NCBI GenBank assembly: GCA_902574045.1
Contig: CACGMG010000001.1
Coordinates: 1,919 to 65,918, forward strand
Direction: 5' to 3'
Source of the DNA: an uncultured Pelagibacteraceae bacterium
GTDB taxonomy: Bacteria; Pseudomonadota; Alphaproteobacteria; Pelagibacterales; Pelagibacteraceae
Length of the DNA stretch: 64,000 bases
The position numbers and the translations under genes are program-made. Below the pieces are notes generated by a model. That model was not told where the DNA came from and did not search any database. It worked only from the letters and a program-made list of their open reading frames with translations. Shown here one piece after another: positions 22,384 through 33,618 of the stretch. The first letter of the stretch is position 1. Every line of letters starts with the position of its first letter.

Positions 22384-22840
22384 GCTCAAAAATAGCATCA
22401 ACTTCAACAGATACACCTAAAGGGAGGCTATTTGAACTAATTGCTGCTCTCGTATGCTCTCCTTTTTTTTCAAAAACTTTAGATATAATATCTGAAGCAC
22501 CGTTAATTATCTTTGGTTGATCTTTGAAATCATCAGTAGAATTTACGTAACCAGTCAATTTTACACAGGATTTAATTTTACTCAAATCACCTTGACAAGC
22601 CTTTTTTGCATGAGAAATTATACTTAAACCACATCTTTCAGCAGCTTTATATCCTTCATCTTCATTTAAATCTTTCCCAATCTTTCCAGTAATAAGTTTA
22701 GCATCTTTATCTATTGAAACTTGGCCAGAAATAAAAAGTAATTTTCCAACAATTTTTGTGGCTACATAAGCTCCAACTGGAGCTTTCGGTTCTGGTAATT
22801 CTATTTTTAAAGTTTTAATTTTTTCATCAACAACATTCAT
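22376..22840 (-). CDS. RidA/YjgF family protein
   Basis: LFISGQ, NGASD, HTRAAI, LPLGVSVEV. Confidence 0.9.
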   Translation of the reverse strand: MNVVDEKIKTLKIELPEPKAPVGAYVATKIVGKLLFISGQVSIDKDAKLITGKIGKDLNEDEGYKAAERCGLSIISHAKKACQGDLSKIKSCVKLTGYVNSTDDFKDQPKIINGASDIISKVFEKKGEHTRAAISSNSLPLGVSVEVDAIFELN

Positions 22841-25404
22841 TTTCTTTTACCCTTTTTTTTTGTTTTATCGTATTCTTTTCTTTTTTCAATTAATATTAAA
22901 GCTTCTTCCATAGTTAGTTCATTTGGATCTTTTTCTTCGGGAATAGTTGCATTTAGGGATTTATATTTAATATAAGGGCCGTATTGACCTTTCATAATTC
23001 TTACTGGTTTTTTATCTTCAGGATGTTCACCTAAGTCTTTTATTAGTGATGAGGATATCCTTCCAGGTTTAGCTTCAGCAATCATAGTAACTGCTCTATT
23101 CAAACCTATAGAAAAAAGATCGTCCACATTTTCAAGTCTTGCAGATTTGTTTTCACATTTTAGATATGGCCCAAACCTACCAGAGTTAAGAGTAATATCT
23201 TGACCATTTTCTGGATGTTGACCTAATGTTTTTGGGAGAGAACACAAATATTTTGCTTTTTCTAAATCTACACTATCTACATCTATTCCTTTTGGTATAG
23301 AAACATTCTTAAGATGATCATTTTCATTTTTTTTCTTTCTACCTTTTTTCTTTTTTAAATCAAGTTCATCTTTTTCTTTTTCATATTGTAGATAAGGACC
23401 AAATCTTCCATTTTTTAAATATATGTCTTTACCGAAACTGTTTTGACCTAATAATTTTGGTTCAGCTAAGTTATACTGAGCAGCTGCTTTAACTTTTGAC
23501 AAAGGCCGAGTAAATTTACAGTCAGGATAGTTTGAACACCCGATAAAAGCTCCACCTCTAAAGCTATTTTTAAGACTTAATTCACCACCAGCACATAGCT
23601 TACATTTTCTATCAATAGCATCTTTATCATCTCTGTCAAAAATTAATGCTCCTAAACTTTCATTTAATAAATCTAGTACTTCTCTAGTTCTTTTTTCTTT
23701 AACTTTTCCTACATTTTCATAAAAATCTTTCCAAAAATTTTCTAATACCTGCACCCATTCAATTTTACCACTAGTTATTTCATCAAGTTGATTTTCAAGA
23801 TCAGCTGTAAAGTTGTAATCAACGTATTTGGAAAATAGTTTCTCTAAAAAAGCAGAAATTAATTTGCCTCTATCTGTTGGATGAAACCTTTTATTCATTA
23901 ATTCAACGTAATTTCTAGTTGATAATACTGATATAATACTTGCATATGTGGATGGTCTCCCAATACCCAGTTCTTCCATTTTTTTGACCAAACTTGCTTC
24001 TGAATATCTTGGTGGCGGGTCCGTAAAATGTTGTTCATCATTTAATTTAAGAATATTTAATTCTTCACCCACTTTTATTTCAGGCAATATATTTTTTGCA
24101 TCTTCATCAGTTTCTTGAACTTGGTAAACTTTTAGAAAACCATCAAATTTTATAACTGAACCGCTAGCTCTAAAATTAATTTTTTTATCTTCTGAAGAAA
24201 TTATAATTGTGTTTCTGTCGAATTCAGCCGGGTTCATTTGAGAAGATAGGGCTCTACTCCATATTAGTTCATAAAGTTTAAACTGATCTGTATTCACATA
24301 CTTCTTTATATCAGAAGGTTTTCTTTTTATATTAGTAGGCCTAATCGCTTCATGTGCCTCCTGAGCGTTTTTAGCCTTTTTACCAGTGTAGCTATTTGGC
24401 TTAATAGGCAAATACTTGTTACCATAATCTTCAGTTATGTATTTTCTAAAATCTTCTATAGCTTCTTTAGAAATATTTGTACCATCTGTTCTCATATAAG
24501 TAATTAACCCAGTCGTTTCACCTTCTATGTCTACACCTTGATAAAGACGTTGAGCGATTTGCATTGTTCTTGAGGCCCCGAAACCAAATCGTCCTGAAGC
24601 AGTTTGTTGTAGAGTAGAGGTGGTGAAGGGTGCTAGGGGATTTCTTCGATACAATTTAGTATTGACGTCAGCGATTTTAAATTTTGTTTTGTTAATTATA
24701 TCTACAGCTTTTTGTATTTCCTCTTTACTCTTAAAAGAAAATCTTTCAATTTTTTTATCATTAAACAAGCTTAACTTTGAAAAAATATTTTTCTTATCTT
24801 TACTTGTAAAATCAGAGGTAAGAGTCCAGTATTCTTCTGGTTTAAAAAGTTCAATTTCTTTTTCTCTTTCTGTTATAAGTTTTAGTGCCACAGACTGAAC
24901 TCTACCCGCAGATTTAGATCCAGGAAGTTTAGTCCATAGGATTGGAGATATATTAAAACCTACAAGATAATCTAGCGCTCTACGAGCCAGATAAGCTTCA
25001 ACTAATGGCAAATGTATTTGCCTTGGATTTTTTATAGCATCTAGAATTGCTTTCTTTGTAATTTCGTTAAAAACAACTCTCTCTAAATTTTTGTCTTTGA
25101 GTAATTTTTTTTTTTCTAAAACTTCTTTAACATGCCAGGCTATAGCCTCACCTTCACGATCAGGATCGGTTGCTAAAATTATTTTATCAGAATCCTCTGC
25201 GGCATTTGTAATTTCTTTTAAGTATTTTTTTGAAAAGGAGTCAATTTCCCATTCCATTTGAAATTTATTGTCTGGATCAACAGACCCATTTTTGGAAGGA
25301 AGATCTCTTATATGACCGTAGCTTGCTAATACTAAATATTCTTTTCCTAAATATTTATTTATAGTTTTTGCTTTAGCAGGACTTTCAACAATTACTAAGT
25401 TCAT
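22837..25404 (-). CDS. topA: DNA topoisomerase I
   Basis: LVIVESPAKAK, DPDREGE, SAGRVQS, LITYMRTD; one Zn ribbon plus C-terminal GRFGPY repeats; start moved to ATG 25404. Confidence 0.98.
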   Translation of the reverse strand: MNLVIVESPAKAKTINKYLGKEYLVLASYGHIRDLPSKNGSVDPDNKFQMEWEIDSFSKKYLKEITNAAEDSDKIILATDPDREGEAIAWHVKEVLEKKKLLKDKNLERVVFNEITKKAILDAIKNPRQIHLPLVEAYLARRALDYLVGFNISPILWTKLPGSKSAGRVQSVALKLITEREKEIELFKPEEYWTLTSDFTSKDKKNIFSKLSLFNDKKIERFSFKSKEEIQKAVDIINKTKFKIADVNTKLYRRNPLAPFTTSTLQQTASGRFGFGASRTMQIAQRLYQGVDIEGETTGLITYMRTDGTNISKEAIEDFRKYITEDYGNKYLPIKPNSYTGKKAKNAQEAHEAIRPTNIKRKPSDIKKYVNTDQFKLYELIWSRALSSQMNPAEFDRNTIIISSEDKKINFRASGSVIKFDGFLKVYQVQETDEDAKNILPEIKVGEELNILKLNDEQHFTDPPPRYSEASLVKKMEELGIGRPSTYASIISVLSTRNYVELMNKRFHPTDRGKLISAFLEKLFSKYVDYNFTADLENQLDEITSGKIEWVQVLENFWKDFYENVGKVKEKRTREVLDLLNESLGALIFDRDDKDAIDRKCKLCAGGELSLKNSFRGGAFIGCSNYPDCKFTRPLSKVKAAAQYNLAEPKLLGQNSFGKDIYLKNGRFGPYLQYEKEKDELDLKKKKGRKKKNENDHLKNVSIPKGIDVDSVDLEKAKYLCSLPKTLGQHPENGQDITLNSGRFGPYLKCENKSARLENVDDLFSIGLNRAVTMIAEAKPGRISSSLIKDLGEHPEDKKPVRIMKGQYGPYIKYKSLNATIPEEKDPNELTMEEALILIEKRKEYDKTKKKGKRK

Positions 25405-25472
25405 TAATTGTTTATTTTCAAAATTAAACGATTTTGTCAAATTTATTATTGAAAAAGTAGAAAAGACAGTAC

Positions 25473-26054
25473 TTATAACTTAATTTTGTTTTCTCTGGAA
25501 TTTTTGAGTCTAACAATATTTTCTTTATGAGTATAAAGAATAATTACAAAAAAAACAAAAAGCACTAACGAATAGTTATAATTTTCAAAAAAAATTGCAT
25601 AAAGTAAAACTAGTAAAGAAGAAGTCATAGAGGATAATGATGCAAATCTAAATAATAAAGTTAAAGTTACCCAGCATGCACCAAAAACTAAAAAAAATTT
25701 ATAAGATAGAGCTAAAATAACTCCAAGATAGGTAGCTACGCCTTTACCCCCTTTAAATTTTAACCATACTGGATAGATATGACCAATGAAACATAATAGT
25801 GCAGAATATGAAGTTAAACTTTCAAAGTATAACAGTGTAATGAAAACTGAAACAAAACCTTTTAACAAATCTAGAAGTAAAGTTATAAATGCTAGAAATT
25901 TATTTCCAGTTCTAAGAACATTAGTTGTTCCAATATTTCCAGAACCTACTTTTCTTATGTCTTTTTTAAGAAATATTTTAGTTAGAATTAAACCAAATGG
26001 AATTGATCCCAAAAAATAAGAGTAAATTGCTACAATAATTAAATTTATGTCCAT
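25473..26054 (-). CDS. plsY: glycerol-3-phosphate acyltransferase PlsY
   Basis: GSIPFG, GSGNIGTTNVLR, FKGGKGVAT, HKENIVRL. Confidence 0.97.
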   Translation of the reverse strand: MDINLIIVAIYSYFLGSIPFGLILTKIFLKKDIRKVGSGNIGTTNVLRTGNKFLAFITLLLDLLKGFVSVFITLLYFESLTSYSALLCFIGHIYPVWLKFKGGKGVATYLGVILALSYKFFLVFGACWVTLTLLFRFASLSSMTSSLLVLLYAIFFENYNYSLVLFVFFVIILYTHKENIVRLKNSRENKIKL

Positions 26055-27343
26055 CAGATTGAGTAAACTACTTCACCGTTAAGTAAGGTCAATTTTACTT
26101 TTCCTTGTAGTTTTCTATTTTCGATTGCAGTGTTTTTTGATTTAGATTTAAGATTCTCAGCTCTAACTACCCATGGTTTTTCTAAATCAAATACACAAAT
26201 ATCAGCATCAGCTCCTTTCTTAAGGGTGCCTTTATCAATTTTTAAAATTTTAGCTGGATTAATTGTTAAACACTTAATTATCTTTTCTAAAGCCAGAGAG
26301 TCATTATGATAGAGTTCTAAGGCCAAAGATAATAATGTCTCTATACCAATTGAACCTGTTGCAGATTGTGCGAATGGTAACCTCTTGCTTTCCTCATCCT
26401 CAGGGATGTGATCAGATACAATTACATCAATAAGATTGTTTTTAACACCATCTATCAATGCAAGCCTATCTCCCTCACTTCTGAGAGGAGGGGATAGTTT
26501 TAAGAAAGTTCTAAATTCTCCTATATCATTTTGATTTAATGATAAGTTGTTTATTGACACCCCAGTACTGAATTTTATTCCGTTAGATTTATTTTTTTTT
26601 ATTACATTAAGAGAATTTTTCGATGAGATTTGATTAATATGGTATCTACAAGGGAATTCACTCAACAATGACAAATCTCTTTCAATAATAATCTTTTCAG
26701 CGATATCCGAAACCCCCTGTAAACCCAATCTGGTAGCTACCTCACCTTCATTAATGCATGCGTTTTTAGACAATTCGTAGTCTTCTGCATGCTGCATAAT
26801 TAACACGTCTAAGTCTGAGGCATAATTCATTATCCTAGACATTAATTCTGTATTTTGAATAGTTTTATTGACGTCACTAAAACCTATAATGCCTCTTGCT
26901 TTTAACAATCCGAACTCAGTCATCTGACTCCCTTCCGCTTGTCTTGTAATTGAAGCGCATGGAAAAAGATTTACTTTAGCTTTATCTCTACCTCTTCTAA
27001 TTATAAAATCCACCATTGACACATTATCTATAATTGGCTTAGTATTTGGCATTGTAACGATGGATGTTACTCCCCCAGCTAAAGCTGCTTGGCTAAGTGT
27101 TCTAAAGTTTTCTTTATATTCATAGCCAGGTTCACCAACAAAGGCCTTCATGTCAATTATACCTGGAATAGCTATATTTCCTTTTAAATCAATTTTTTCT
27201 AATGATTTTGGAACATCGGAAATTTTTGTGTTTTTTCCAATTGATTTTATTTTCCCTTTATCATCAATAATTATATTGCCAATTTCATCCATTTTTTGAG
27301 ATGGATCAATAATTCTTAAGTTTGTTAAAATTTTTTCTTTCAT
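26054..27343 (-). CDS. pyrC: dihydroorotase-like protein, probably inactive PyrC' partner of ATCase
   Basis: Dihydroorotase fold (MPNT, KLSPPLR, SDH) but the DxHxH metal motif reads DMKAF; directly after pyrB. Confidence 0.88.
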   Translation of the reverse strand: MKEKILTNLRIIDPSQKMDEIGNIIIDDKGKIKSIGKNTKISDVPKSLEKIDLKGNIAIPGIIDMKAFVGEPGYEYKENFRTLSQAALAGGVTSIVTMPNTKPIIDNVSMVDFIIRRGRDKAKVNLFPCASITRQAEGSQMTEFGLLKARGIIGFSDVNKTIQNTELMSRIMNYASDLDVLIMQHAEDYELSKNACINEGEVATRLGLQGVSDIAEKIIIERDLSLLSEFPCRYHINQISSKNSLNVIKKNKSNGIKFSTGVSINNLSLNQNDIGEFRTFLKLSPPLRSEGDRLALIDGVKNNLIDVIVSDHIPEDEESKRLPFAQSATGSIGIETLLSLALELYHNDSLALEKIIKCLTINPAKILKIDKGTLKKGADADICVFDLEKPWVVRAENLKSKSKNTAIENRKLQGKVKLTLLNGEVVYSI

Positions 27344-28288
27344 TTATTTACAATATAATTTTAAACACGCCATCCTAACAGCTACACCTAGTTCTACCTG
27401 TTCTTTTACTAGACTAACGTTAATATCATCTGCTAACTTAGTATCAATCTCAACACCCCTGTTCATTGGACCAGGGTGCATAAGTAAAGCATCTTTTTTT
27501 GCATATTTAAGTTTTTCTGGAGTAAGCCCAAAAAATTCATAGTATTCTCTTTTTGATGGGAGAAAAGACCCTTGCATTCTCTCATTTTGTAATCTCAACA
27601 TCATAACAATTTCGCATCCTTCCAATCCTTTTTTCATATCTGTAAATGCTTTCACACCTAATTTTTCTATATCAGTTGGCATCAATGTTTTTGGAGCAAT
27701 AACATTTACTTCTGCACCTAACATGTTCATCAGATAAATATTTGATCGTGCTACTCGTGAATGAAGAATGTCTCCACAAATAGCAATTTTTAAACCCTCT
27801 ATATTTCCTTTCCTATTAATTATTGTTAACGCATCTAATAATGCTTGAGTAGGATGTTCTCTTCTACCATCACCAGCGTTAATAACTGCACAATTAACTT
27901 TTTGTGAAAGTAAGTTAGGTGCTCCAGAGTCTTGGTGTCTTATCACAATTAAATCTGGATGCATCGCATTAAGAGTCATTGCTGTATCAATTAAGGTTTC
28001 ACCTTTTTTTAAAGCCGAGTTATTCATATTTATTGTCATTACATCTGCCCCAAGTCTTTTACCCGCTAAATCAAATGAACTTTGAGTCCTAGTTGAAGGC
28101 TCAAAAAATAAATTGATTTGTGTTTTACCTCTTAAAACATCAAGTTTTTTTGAACTACTTCTGTTTAATTTTATGAAAGACTTTGCTTCCGTTAAAATTT
28201 TTTTAGCATCCTGGATTGATAAATTTTGAATACCTAATAGATGTTTCGGTGAGTTTTTAATAGCTGAAACTTTTTTTATAGTTGCCAT
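27344..28288 (-). CDS. pyrB: aspartate carbamoyltransferase catalytic subunit
   Basis: [24 protein letters not shown]; start ATG 28288. Confidence 0.98.
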   Translation of the reverse strand: MATIKKVSAIKNSPKHLLGIQNLSIQDAKKILTEAKSFIKLNRSSSKKLDVLRGKTQINLFFEPSTRTQSSFDLAGKRLGADVMTINMNNSALKKGETLIDTAMTLNAMHPDLIVIRHQDSGAPNLLSQKVNCAVINAGDGRREHPTQALLDALTIINRKGNIEGLKIAICGDILHSRVARSNIYLMNMLGAEVNVIAPKTLMPTDIEKLGVKAFTDMKKGLEGCEIVMMLRLQNERMQGSFLPSKREYYEFFGLTPEKLKYAKKDALLMHPGPMNRGVEIDTKLADDINVSLVKEQVELGVAVRMACLKLYCK

Positions 28289-28323
28289 TAAAATCAACTC
28301 TATAGGCCTTTTACCATATTATA

Positions 28324-28788
28324 TCAAGTATTTTTTTTATGATAAAAATCAAGCACACCTTGAAGAATAAATTGAGCTGAATTTTCATCCAATTTTTTGA
28401 CTTTTTTTGATGAATTAATAGCTAATTCTCTGGATAATCTAAAAGCTCCCTGACTTGACAATCGTTCGTCCCATAAAGTGATATTTTCAGTAATATCTTT
28501 TGAAAAATTTTTTGCAAGATCTTTAGCTGATTGAGATGACGAACCCTCAGAGCCGTCCATATTGATTGGATTACCAATAACTATTCCACCAACTTGATTT
28601 TCATTTATAATTTTCTTAATTTGAAACAATAAGTCCGCATAATTCTTTCTAATTATTGTTGTATAAGGTGTAGCAACAATTTTATTTTCGTCTGAAATGG
28701 CTATCCCTATTCTTTTTCCTCCAGGATCTACACCTATTAATCTTGATTTTTTGTTAATTCTTTCAATAAATAATTCAATATCAAGCAT
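28324..28788 (-). CDS. yqgF: YqgF/RuvX pre-16S rRNA nuclease
   Basis: GVDPGGKRIGIAISD, WDERLSS, AQFILQ. Confidence 0.93.
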   Translation of the reverse strand: MLDIELFIERINKKSRLIGVDPGGKRIGIAISDENKIVATPYTTIIRKNYADLLFQIKKIINENQVGGIVIGNPINMDGSEGSSSQSAKDLAKNFSKDITENITLWDERLSSQGAFRLSRELAINSSKKVKKLDENSAQFILQGVLDFYHKKNT

Positions 28789-28839
28789 GAAATTTACCTA
28801 ATTTATGATAAAACACATTTGAATTAACATAATTCACAA

Positions 28840-29127
28840 ATGCCATTAGATAAAGAAAAAATTAAACAAGTTGCAAAATTAGCCCGAATTTCTGTTGATG
28901 AGGGTAAGGCAAATAACTTGAGTAAAGATTTAAACTCAATTTTTAAGTTTATTGAACAATTAAATGAATTAGACACAGAAAAGGTCGAACCGTTAACTTC
29001 TATACTAAATCAATCATTGAGATCTAGAAATGATGAAATAAGTGATGGTAAAATTAGAGAGAAAATATTGAAAAATTCTCCTAATAAAAATGAAGAGTTT
29101 TTTGTTGTACCAAAGGTGGTTGAATAA
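28840..29127 (+). CDS. gatC: Asp/Glu-tRNA amidotransferase subunit C
   Basis: [19 protein letters not shown]. Confidence 0.96.
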   Translation: MPLDKEKIKQVAKLARISVDEGKANNLSKDLNSIFKFIEQLNELDTEKVEPLTSILNQSLRSRNDEISDGKIREKILKNSPNKNEEFFVVPKVVE

Positions 29128-30584
29128 TGGACGGTATAACTAATCAAGGTCTTAAAGAAATTATTGATAATATCAAATCCAAAAAAATTTCATCATTAGA
29201 ATTAACAAAAGCTTATATAAAGAATATTGAAAGCGCAAAAAAACTTAATTCATTTGTTACAACAACATTTGAGCAAGCTTTAGAAAATGCAAAAAATTTT
29301 GATAGCAAACCAAATTATGAACAAATTCTTCCTGGCATACCTTTGGCTGTGAAAGATTTATTTTGTACTGAAAATGTAAAAACAACTGCAGGAAGTAATA
29401 TTTTGCATAATTTTATTCCTACTTATGAATCAACTGTTACAAAAAATTTGTGGAATAATGGTGCTTTCTTACTTGGAAAATTAAATTGCGATGAGTTTGC
29501 AATGGGCTCATCAAATGAAACAAGTTTCTTCGGGAATGTAATAAACCCTGTTGGGGACAAACTAGTTCCAGGCGGATCCTCTGGAGGATCATCTTCAGCC
29601 TTAGCAGCTGATCTTACTCCAGCTACAATTGGAACAGATACTGGGGGATCTATAAGACAACCAGCTTCATTTACCGGCACGGTGGGTCTTAAACCAACCT
29701 ATGGTTTATGTTCAAGATGGGGAATAGTTGCTTTTGCCTCCTCTTTAGATCAAGCAGGACCTATGACAAAAACAGTAACTGATTGTGCCATTATGCTTGA
29801 AGCTATGTCCGGTTATGACGAAAAAGATTCTACTTCAATAAATAAAAAAAAAGAACCATATTCAAAAAATTTAAATGAGAATATTAAAGGATTGAAGATT
29901 GGTATTCCAAAAGAGTATAGAGTTGACAATATGCCTAAAGAAATAGATGAACTTTGGAACAAAGGAAAAAAAATATTAAAAGATTTAGGAGCACAATTAA
30001 TTGATATTTCATTGCCTCATACAAAATATGCTTTACCGACTTATTACATAGTCGCGCCTGCCGAAGCTTCTTCGAATTTAGCAAGATATGATGGCGTACG
30101 ATATGGCTATAGATCAGAAAAGGGCAAAGATTTAATTGAAATGTATGAAAATACTAGATCCGAAGGATTTGGTGACGAAGTTAAACGAAGAATATTAATA
30201 GGCACTTACGTTTTGTCTTCTGGATATTACGACGCCTACTATTTAAAAGCTCAAAAGGTTAGACAGTTAATAAAAAAAGATTTTGATGATAATTTCTCAA
30301 AAGTTGATGCCATTCTTACTCCCTCTACTCCAAGCTCTGCATTTAAAATTGGAGAAAAAACCAATGATCCTGTGTCTATGTACTTAAACGATATATTTAC
30401 AGTCCCAGTTAATCTAGCTGGATTACCAGCCCTATCATTACCTGCGGGCACGGATAAACAAGGGTATCCGTTAGGATTACAATTAATAGGTAAGACCTTA
30501 GATGAACAAAAAATACTAAATATAGGATATGCATTTGAAAAAAATTGTGGCTTTAAAAATCAAATCCAAAAGTGGTGGCTATGA
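29127..30584 (+). CDS. gatA: Asp/Glu-tRNA amidotransferase subunit A
   Basis: amidase signature [28 protein letters not shown]. Confidence 0.98.
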   Translation: MDGITNQGLKEIIDNIKSKKISSLELTKAYIKNIESAKKLNSFVTTTFEQALENAKNFDSKPNYEQILPGIPLAVKDLFCTENVKTTAGSNILHNFIPTYESTVTKNLWNNGAFLLGKLNCDEFAMGSSNETSFFGNVINPVGDKLVPGGSSGGSSSALAADLTPATIGTDTGGSIRQPASFTGTVGLKPTYGLCSRWGIVAFASSLDQAGPMTKTVTDCAIMLEAMSGYDEKDSTSINKKKEPYSKNLNENIKGLKIGIPKEYRVDNMPKEIDELWNKGKKILKDLGAQLIDISLPHTKYALPTYYIVAPAEASSNLARYDGVRYGYRSEKGKDLIEMYENTRSEGFGDEVKRRILIGTYVLSSGYYDAYYLKAQKVRQLIKKDFDDNFSKVDAILTPSTPSSAFKIGEKTNDPVSMYLNDIFTVPVNLAGLPALSLPAGTDKQGYPLGLQLIGKTLDEQKILNIGYAFEKNCGFKNQIQKWWL

Positions 30585-32050
30585 GTAAAGACAAATTTGA
30601 TTATTTTATAAACGGTGAGAAAGCTAAATACGAAGTTATTATTGGATTAGAGGTACATGCTCAAGTACACTCTAACTCTAAACTTTTTTCAGGATCATCA
30701 ACTAAATTTGGCGCGAACCCAAATGACCAAGTAAGTTTAGTTGATTCAGCTTTTCCTGGGATGTTACCAGTAATTAACACGGAATGTGTAAAACAAGCAA
30801 TTAGAACTGGTCTTGGCTTAAATGCAAAAATAAATAATTACTCAGTTTTTGATAGAAAGAATTATTTTTATGCTGACTTACCTCAAGGTTATCAAATTTC
30901 ACAGTATAAAAATCCTATTGTTGGTGAAGGTAAAGTTTTATTAGATATGCCATACGGTTCGAAAGAAATAGGAATTGAGAGACTTCATTTAGAACAAGAT
31001 GCAGGAAAAAGCATTCATGATATGGATCCCTCAAATACTTATGTTGATTTAAATCGTTCAGGAATAGCGTTAATGGAGATTGTTAGTAAACCAGATCTTA
31101 GGTCACCCGAAGAGGTAAATGCTTATATCAAAAAATTAAGATCAATAATGAGATACTTAGGCACTTGCGATGGCAACATGCAAGAAGGCTCATTAAGAGC
31201 TGACGTCAACGTATCTGTAAGAAAAATAGGTGACAAAAAACTTGGAACTCGATGTGAGATTAAAAATGTAAATTCAATTAAATTTATGCAAATGGCAATT
31301 CAATATGAGGCAAATAGACAAGTTCAATTATTGGATGAAGGTAAAAAAATAGATCAAGAAACTAGATTATTTGATACAAAAAAAAATGAAACTAGATCTA
31401 TGAGGTCAAAAGAGGATGCTCATGATTATAGATATTTTCCTGATCCTGATTTATTGCCTTTGAAAATTGAGCAAAAATTAATTGATGAACTAAAAAAATC
31501 TCTACCAGAGTTACCTGATAAAAAAAAAGAGAGATTTATTAAAGAATATGGTCTTAATCAATATGAAGCAACCGTATTGGTTTCTGAAAAAGAGATTTCT
31601 AATTATTATGAAAAGGTCGCAAAATTATCTGATAAAAAACTTGCAGCAACCTGGATGATGGGAGATCTATTTGCAATGCTTAATGAAAAAGGACTTGATA
31701 TTTCAAATTCTCCTATCAAAGCTGAAAATTTTGCAGAATTAGTTCAATCAATTAAATCTGGTGAAATTTCAGGAAGAATCGCAAAAGAGGTATTTGAGAT
31801 TATGATTGAAAGTGGAGATAATCCTAAAAAGATTATCGAGTCAAAAGGAATGAAGCAGGAAAGCGATCCAAAAGAACTAGAAAAAATGATTAATGAAATT
31901 TTATCCAAAAATAAAGATAAAGTTGATCAATATAAAACAGGTAAAGAAAAATTATTCGGTTTCTTTGTTGGTCAAGTTATGAAATCTTCAAGTGGAAAAG
32001 CAAATCCACAACTTACAAATGAAATACTAAAAAAGCTTTTAAAAAGCTAA
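30581..32050 (+). CDS. gatB: Asp/Glu-tRNA amidotransferase subunit B
   Basis: [37 protein letters not shown]; start ATG 30581. Confidence 0.98.
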   Translation: MSKDKFDYFINGEKAKYEVIIGLEVHAQVHSNSKLFSGSSTKFGANPNDQVSLVDSAFPGMLPVINTECVKQAIRTGLGLNAKINNYSVFDRKNYFYADLPQGYQISQYKNPIVGEGKVLLDMPYGSKEIGIERLHLEQDAGKSIHDMDPSNTYVDLNRSGIALMEIVSKPDLRSPEEVNAYIKKLRSIMRYLGTCDGNMQEGSLRADVNVSVRKIGDKKLGTRCEIKNVNSIKFMQMAIQYEANRQVQLLDEGKKIDQETRLFDTKKNETRSMRSKEDAHDYRYFPDPDLLPLKIEQKLIDELKKSLPELPDKKKERFIKEYGLNQYEATVLVSEKEISNYYEKVAKLSDKKLAATWMMGDLFAMLNEKGLDISNSPIKAENFAELVQSIKSGEISGRIAKEVFEIMIESGDNPKKIIESKGMKQESDPKELEKMINEILSKNKDKVDQYKTGKEKLFGFFVGQVMKSSSGKANPQLTNEILKKLLKS

Positions 32051-32052
32051 TT

Positions 32053-32706
32053 ATGCCTAAAGATTTAGAATTAACGGATAATCTTGAAAAATATATAATC
32101 AATCATTCAGAAAAACTAACCAATGTGCAAAAAGAGATTATAGATTACAATATTGGGCTTGGTAAACAACAGAAGTTACAAATTTCAGTTTCACAAGCTC
32201 ATTTTTTACAAACATTAATTAAAATATCTAATAGTAAAAAAATTTTAGAGATAGGAAGTTTTACAGGCTTTAGCGCTATATCAATGGCGCTAGCTCTTCC
32301 TAATGATGGTGATCTAGTTAGTTTAGATAAAAATTTAGAGTTTAGTAAAAAAGCTAAATTTTTTTACGAAAAAGCAAAAGAAAAGAGAATTAAACAAATT
32401 ATAAAACCAGCTCTTGAAAGTTTAGATGAGTTTTTAAATTCTAATAAAAAGTTTGACATGATTTTCATAGATGCAGATAAAGAAAACTATCTTAACTATT
32501 ACAATATTTGTATTGAATTAATTGATAAAGGAGGCCTAATTATTATTGATAACGTTTTATGGGATGGTGATGTAGCTAATGAATTAAAAGAGGATAAATT
32601 CACTAATATTATCAGAGAATTTAATAATCATCTAAAAAAAGATAGTAGGGTATTAAAAAATATTATTCCTATTGGTGATGGATTGACTGTTTGTATTAAA
32701 AAATAA
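32053..32706 (+). CDS. cation-dependent class I O-methyltransferase (CCoAOMT/TrmR family)
   Basis: ILEIGSFTGFS SAM motif, FDMIFIDADK..Y, DNVLW, PIGDG. Confidence 0.88.
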   Translation: MPKDLELTDNLEKYIINHSEKLTNVQKEIIDYNIGLGKQQKLQISVSQAHFLQTLIKISNSKKILEIGSFTGFSAISMALALPNDGDLVSLDKNLEFSKKAKFFYEKAKEKRIKQIIKPALESLDEFLNSNKKFDMIFIDADKENYLNYYNICIELIDKGGLIIIDNVLWDGDVANELKEDKFTNIIREFNNHLKKDSRVLKNIIPIGDGLTVCIKK

Positions 32707-33608
32707 TGTTTACTATTTTTGGTTTTTATAAATTTAAAAAGATAAAATATTTAAAGAAAAAAAAGTTTTTTCTTCAAAAATTATTCACTGATTACAAGAT
32801 TAGAGGAACTCTTATTATTTCAAAAGAAGGATTTAATGGAACTATATCGGGTAAGTCCAAAGATATTTCTTTAATTAATAAAAAGATTAAAAGTTTGTTT
32901 AGTATTACTAGTTATGACGCACAAAACTTATCAAAAAATAAATTTCAACCATTTCATAAATTTAAAGTAAAAATAAAAAAAGAAGTTGTTCCAATGGGAT
33001 TATCTATTTCTTCAAAAATACAAAAAATAAATCATGTCGACCCAATCAAGTGGAATACACTAATCAAAAATAAACACACCTTTATATTAGATGTGAGAAA
33101 ACCTTTTGAATATGAGGTTGGTAGTTTTAAAAAAGCAGTTAATCCTAAAGTCAAACATTTCAGGGAGTTTCCAAAATATCTTAATAAACTAGACAAAAAA
33201 AAATCTATTGCTATGTTTTGTACCGGCGGCATAAGATGTGAAAAAGCCTCTATTTATTTGAGACAAAAAGGATTTAAGAATGTATTTCAATTGAAAGGTG
33301 GAGTTTTAAATTATTTAAAAAAGATAAATAAAAAAAACAGTTTATGGAAAGGCGAGTGTTTTGTTTTTGATAATAGAGTTTCAGTTAAACATGATTTAGC
33401 ATTAGGAACACACTTTGTTTGTAGCGGATGTAGAAATCCAATTTCCTTTAAAGATAAAAAATCTAAGAAATACGAGGAGGGTGTTTCCTGTCATAGATGT
33501 TATGACACACTTACAAAAACTCAAAAAAGTAGATTCAGAATGAGACAAAAGCAGATTTTACTTGCTAAGAAAGATGGAAGGAAGCATATATTCCAAAAAG
33601 AATTTTAA
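32706..33608 (+). CDS. trhO: oxygen-dependent tRNA U34 hydroxylase TrhO (YceA, rhodanese domain)
   Basis: FYKF, EGFNGT, KVKIKKEVV, MFCTGGIRCEKAS, LKGGVLNY, WKGECFVFDNRV, C-terminal Cys cluster. Confidence 0.93.
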   Translation: MFTIFGFYKFKKIKYLKKKKFFLQKLFTDYKIRGTLIISKEGFNGTISGKSKDISLINKKIKSLFSITSYDAQNLSKNKFQPFHKFKVKIKKEVVPMGLSISSKIQKINHVDPIKWNTLIKNKHTFILDVRKPFEYEVGSFKKAVNPKVKHFREFPKYLNKLDKKKSIAMFCTGGIRCEKASIYLRQKGFKNVFQLKGGVLNYLKKINKKNSLWKGECFVFDNRVSVKHDLALGTHFVCSGCRNPISFKDKKSKKYEEGVSCHRCYDTLTKTQKSRFRMRQKQILLAKKDGRKHIFQKEF

Positions 33609-33618
33609 GTTTAAAATT

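Noticed and set aside
22860-23420. Repeated GRFGPY/GQYGPY motifs in topA
   Set aside because: Known topoisomerase I C-terminal repeats, typical of Alphaproteobacteria
33562-33618. Upstream in-frame starts given by the ORF track (MATE, also rpmC, rplN, rplX, topA, gatB, SBP, nusB)
   Set aside because: They create implausible overlaps or leaders; downstream ATGs match family N-termini and translational coupling
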